Assembly: GCA_963704075.1 (NCBI GenBank)
Contig: CAVPGV010000011.1
Span: 29,884 to 93,883 of the forward strand
Direction of reading: 5' to 3'
DNA from: an uncultured Actinomycetota bacterium
GTDB taxonomy: Bacteria > Actinomycetota > Actinomycetes > S36-B12 > UBA10799
Length of the DNA stretch: 64,000 bases
Shown: piece after piece, positions 61,396-64,000 of the stretch
Layout of the letters: each line of letters begins with the position of its first letter
Position numbering within the stretch: position 1 is the first letter of the stretch
The notes under the pieces: model-generated
Seen by the model: the letters and a program-made list of their open reading frames with translations, nothing else
Databases searched by the model: none
Told to the model about the DNA's origin: nothing
Translations under genes and position numbers: made by a program

Positions 61396-62115
61396 TCAGG
61401 CAGCTCGCAGCCGTTTGCGCCATTCCCGGGTGACCGCCCGCGGGCCCATCACGATACGGGGGTTCGCCCGCGGATCGAGCCAGCGCTGCACCTTGCGCAT
61501 GGTGCGCTGCGGGATCGCCACGCACCCAGCCGTGGGCCGGTTGCGCGAGACATGTAGGAAGATGCCGCCGCCCTTGTCCGTACGCACGGGACGCGTGGCA
61601 CGCCATTGACCCGAAGGCCCGCGGTACACGGACTCGGGAAGGTTGTAGCCGATCACCACCGCGTACCGGTATGCCCGTCCGTAGTCCAGGAGTCGTTCGG
61701 ACCATTGCCCGTCATCGCGCCACCGCGCCGACTTCGTGCGTTTGGTCTGCAACACGTTGTAGGTACCGGGATCGCGCGGATCGTACGGCCAGTAGGTGCG
61801 CGGTGTGATGCGGTGGTAGGGCAGCGACACCGCCCCGCCCTTCCCATGGCCGAATGCCGAGGGCAGGTCGAACACCCCCGCCGGCGTCTGCCCACTGTTC
61901 TGCCGGCGTACTCGGGCCGGCGCGAAACCGTTGCTGCCCAGCCAGGCCCGCACAGCCTTGCCCTGGCGAACCCATCCCCGGTCGGTTCTCTCGAAGCGCC
62001 GCAGAGTCGCCCGCCGACTGTCCCACCGCGCCGACGTCACGACGACCACCTGCTCGATCGGCGCGGTTTCCCGCGATGGGGCAAGCAGCGCGGACATGAG
62101 CAACAACTCCTGCAC
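61396..62115 (-). CDS. L,D-transpeptidase (YkuD-like) family protein
   Basis: GQTPAGVF, YAVVIGYN, GGGIFLH..PTAGCV; start uncertain. Confidence 0.82.
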   Translation of the reverse strand: MQELLLMSALLAPSRETAPIEQVVVVTSARWDSRRATLRRFERTDRGWVRQGKAVRAWLGSNGFAPARVRRQNSGQTPAGVFDLPSAFGHGKGGAVSLPYHRITPRTYWPYDPRDPGTYNVLQTKRTKSARWRDDGQWSERLLDYGRAYRYAVVIGYNLPESVYRGPSGQWRATRPVRTDKGGGIFLHVSRNRPTAGCVAIPQRTMRKVQRWLDPRANPRIVMGPRAVTREWRKRLRAA

Positions 62116-62204
62116 GGCTCCCACCGTAGCCGCGCCCCACTCGTCACCCGGCAACCCGACCCGCGACAGGCGTACCGTGGAAACGGATTGACGGGGAGTC
62201 CGAC

Positions 62205-63365
62205 ATGACTGAAGAGCACCCAACTGCGTGCGCCGAATGTGGCAGCGATCTGCATCCACGTGACAAGTTCTGTCCCGAATGTGGGTACAAGATCCCCATG
62301 GTCGAGGTCCTTACCGATGACACGGAGGTCCTCGAGGCGGACGACGCAACCCCACCACCGCCGCAGAAGCGATCCCGCAAGCCGCTGCTCTTCGGCGGGA
62401 TTGCGGCACTCGGCCTGATCCTCGCCGGCGCCGCATGGTGGGGCCTGACGCAGAACTCCGAAGCGAAGGACCAATATCAGGCGTCCGGGCCGGTGCTCGT
62501 GGCATCGCTGGACGACATGTCCGGGGCGCAGTCCACCAAGATGGTGCGCGAGATCGCCGGTGATGCCAATGCGGAGCTCACCACGATCAATGTCACGCTT
62601 GACAAGAACCCCGAGGCCTCGGGGGCAGACCGACTCGCCGTTCTGCGCGACGCTTTCGCCGCCCTGGCCGCGCTGCAGATGTACGAGCAGGACAACACCG
62701 AGGTCTGGAAGGACAACCGTCCGGTGCTGGCCAGCAGCCTGGACACTTTGTCGGAATACGGCGGCGTCACCGAGACCGCAGCCAGCGAGGGTGAGGACGC
62801 CGCCCGGACATTGGACGATCTGACCCGCCGGGTGGACAAGGCGATGGCCAAATACCGCAAGAAGCTGAAGCAAGCCAAGGCCGCGGCGAAGGCTCAACGT
62901 GGCGATGTGGCCAGCTACCACGCACAGATGGAGTCGCTGATCGACCAGTACACGGCGCTGCGCAACGACACCGGTGCGTTCACCGAACAGATGCGCAACC
63001 AGCAGATGTACATGTACGAGATCGAGGACTACTTCGCCACGGCCGCTACCGACCGCAGGGAAATCGGCAATCAGATGGCCGCTCTGCGACCTCCCACGGA
63101 ACTGCGTGCGGTCCATTCCCGCATCGTGTCGGTGATCGGGGATGGCGCCGATGCCATCGATTCCGCGGTCGCTGCACTGGAGGACAAGGAGTGCTTCGAT
63201 GGCGAGTGCTACTTCGAGTTCAACGCCCAGTGGCAGCAGTTCCAGGACGAGTCCGACCGGATCACCGCCCGGTACGCAGAGGCCTACGACACATGGCAGG
63301 CCGCGATTGCACGAGCCGAGAAACAGGCCAAGAAGGCGGATCTGCCGTCAGAGCCCGTCCTGTGA
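62205..63365 (+). CDS. Zinc-ribbon, single-TM, helical hypothetical protein
   Basis: CAECG..FCPECG, TM helix LLFGGIAALGLILAGAAWW, long helical C-terminal domain. Confidence 0.85.
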   Translation: MTEEHPTACAECGSDLHPRDKFCPECGYKIPMVEVLTDDTEVLEADDATPPPPQKRSRKPLLFGGIAALGLILAGAAWWGLTQNSEAKDQYQASGPVLVASLDDMSGAQSTKMVREIAGDANAELTTINVTLDKNPEASGADRLAVLRDAFAALAALQMYEQDNTEVWKDNRPVLASSLDTLSEYGGVTETAASEGEDAARTLDDLTRRVDKAMAKYRKKLKQAKAAAKAQRGDVASYHAQMESLIDQYTALRNDTGAFTEQMRNQQMYMYEIEDYFATAATDRREIGNQMAALRPPTELRAVHSRIVSVIGDGADAIDSAVAALEDKECFDGECYFEFNAQWQQFQDESDRITARYAEAYDTWQAAIARAEKQAKKADLPSEPVL

Positions 63366-64000
63366 GATTCGGTCCCTGGCAGCCTCGAGCAATCGCACCA
63401 CTTGGGCGTCGGGCACTTGCGCGAAGTCGCGGTAGGCCTGGCCGACCGCTTGGAAGCGGCGAGGTGTCTCCAGACATACGACGTCGTCCGCGACTGCGCG
63501 CATCGACGCCGCGGTGTCTGGGGCTGCAACTGGCGCCGCGAGCACCACCCGCACCGCTGCCTTGGCCCGGGCGACCTGCGCAGGCGGCACGGGCGGTGGC
63601 GCCTGTGGCGATGCCGTCGTCCACGACGATCACGATGCGTCCGGCCAACGGCAGCGCTGGTGCATCCGCGCGAAAGCGCAGGGCACGCTGGTCGACCTCT
63701 GCACGCTCTCTGAGTGACGACGCGCTGCAGGACGTCGTCGTCGACCCTGCATTGCGCGAGGACGTCCGGGTTGGTGACCAAGACGCCGCCCTCCCCCACG
63801 GCTCCCATCGCCACCTCCGGCTGGCGGGGCAGACCCAGTTTGCGCACGATGATCACATCGAGTGGGGCATGCAGCGCCGCTGCCACCTCGAACGCCACCG
63901 GCACCCCGCCGCGCGGCAGACCCACGACGACCACGTTCTGCCCCCGGTAGGCGGTCAACGCGTCACCGAGCTGGCGTCCGGCGTCAGCCCGGTCCTGGAA
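63348..64000 (-). CDS. Phosphoribosyltransferase family protein (frameshifted; 5' end beyond window)
   Basis: FQDRADAG, GLPRGGVPVA, VRKLG, IVVDDGIATG, AVGQAYRDF across three frames. Confidence 0.87.

Overview
This is a high-GC actinobacterial chromosome segment, probably from a long-read metagenome assembly, since many otherwise intact genes carry single frameshifts. The backbone is the usual actinobacterial block: TIGR01777-lipB-lipA-DUF4191-RDD ... glnA ... glnE-glnA2-nadE ... panB-npdG-map-ROK. A polyamine uptake and catabolism island of about 16 kb sits between RDD and glnA. It holds two PotD paralogs, PotABC, two FAD oxidoreductases, two aldehyde dehydrogenases, two class III aminotransferases and a decayed PadR-DUF1048-ABC cassette. 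Between glnA and glnE is an accessory block: amidohydrolase, double-RCK K+ channel, orphan MshEN-PilB/GspE ATPase, secreted FN3-RCC1 protein, CopA and an uncharacterised Rossmann-like protein. The right end has GH36, a cluster of small stress proteins with divergent SigB-like promoters, type II galT-galK-GH1 present as a diverged ~2.9 kb tandem duplication joined by 28 foreign bases (probably an assembly chimera), an aquaporin, an L,D-transpeptidase-like gene and a PRTase. Many intergenic gaps carry short palindromic or tandem REP-like elements, one of them next to a degraded ORF. I saw no rRNA, tRNA, CRISPR array or transposase. No single clearly novel system can be proven from the sequence alone; the candidates are scored in the findings.
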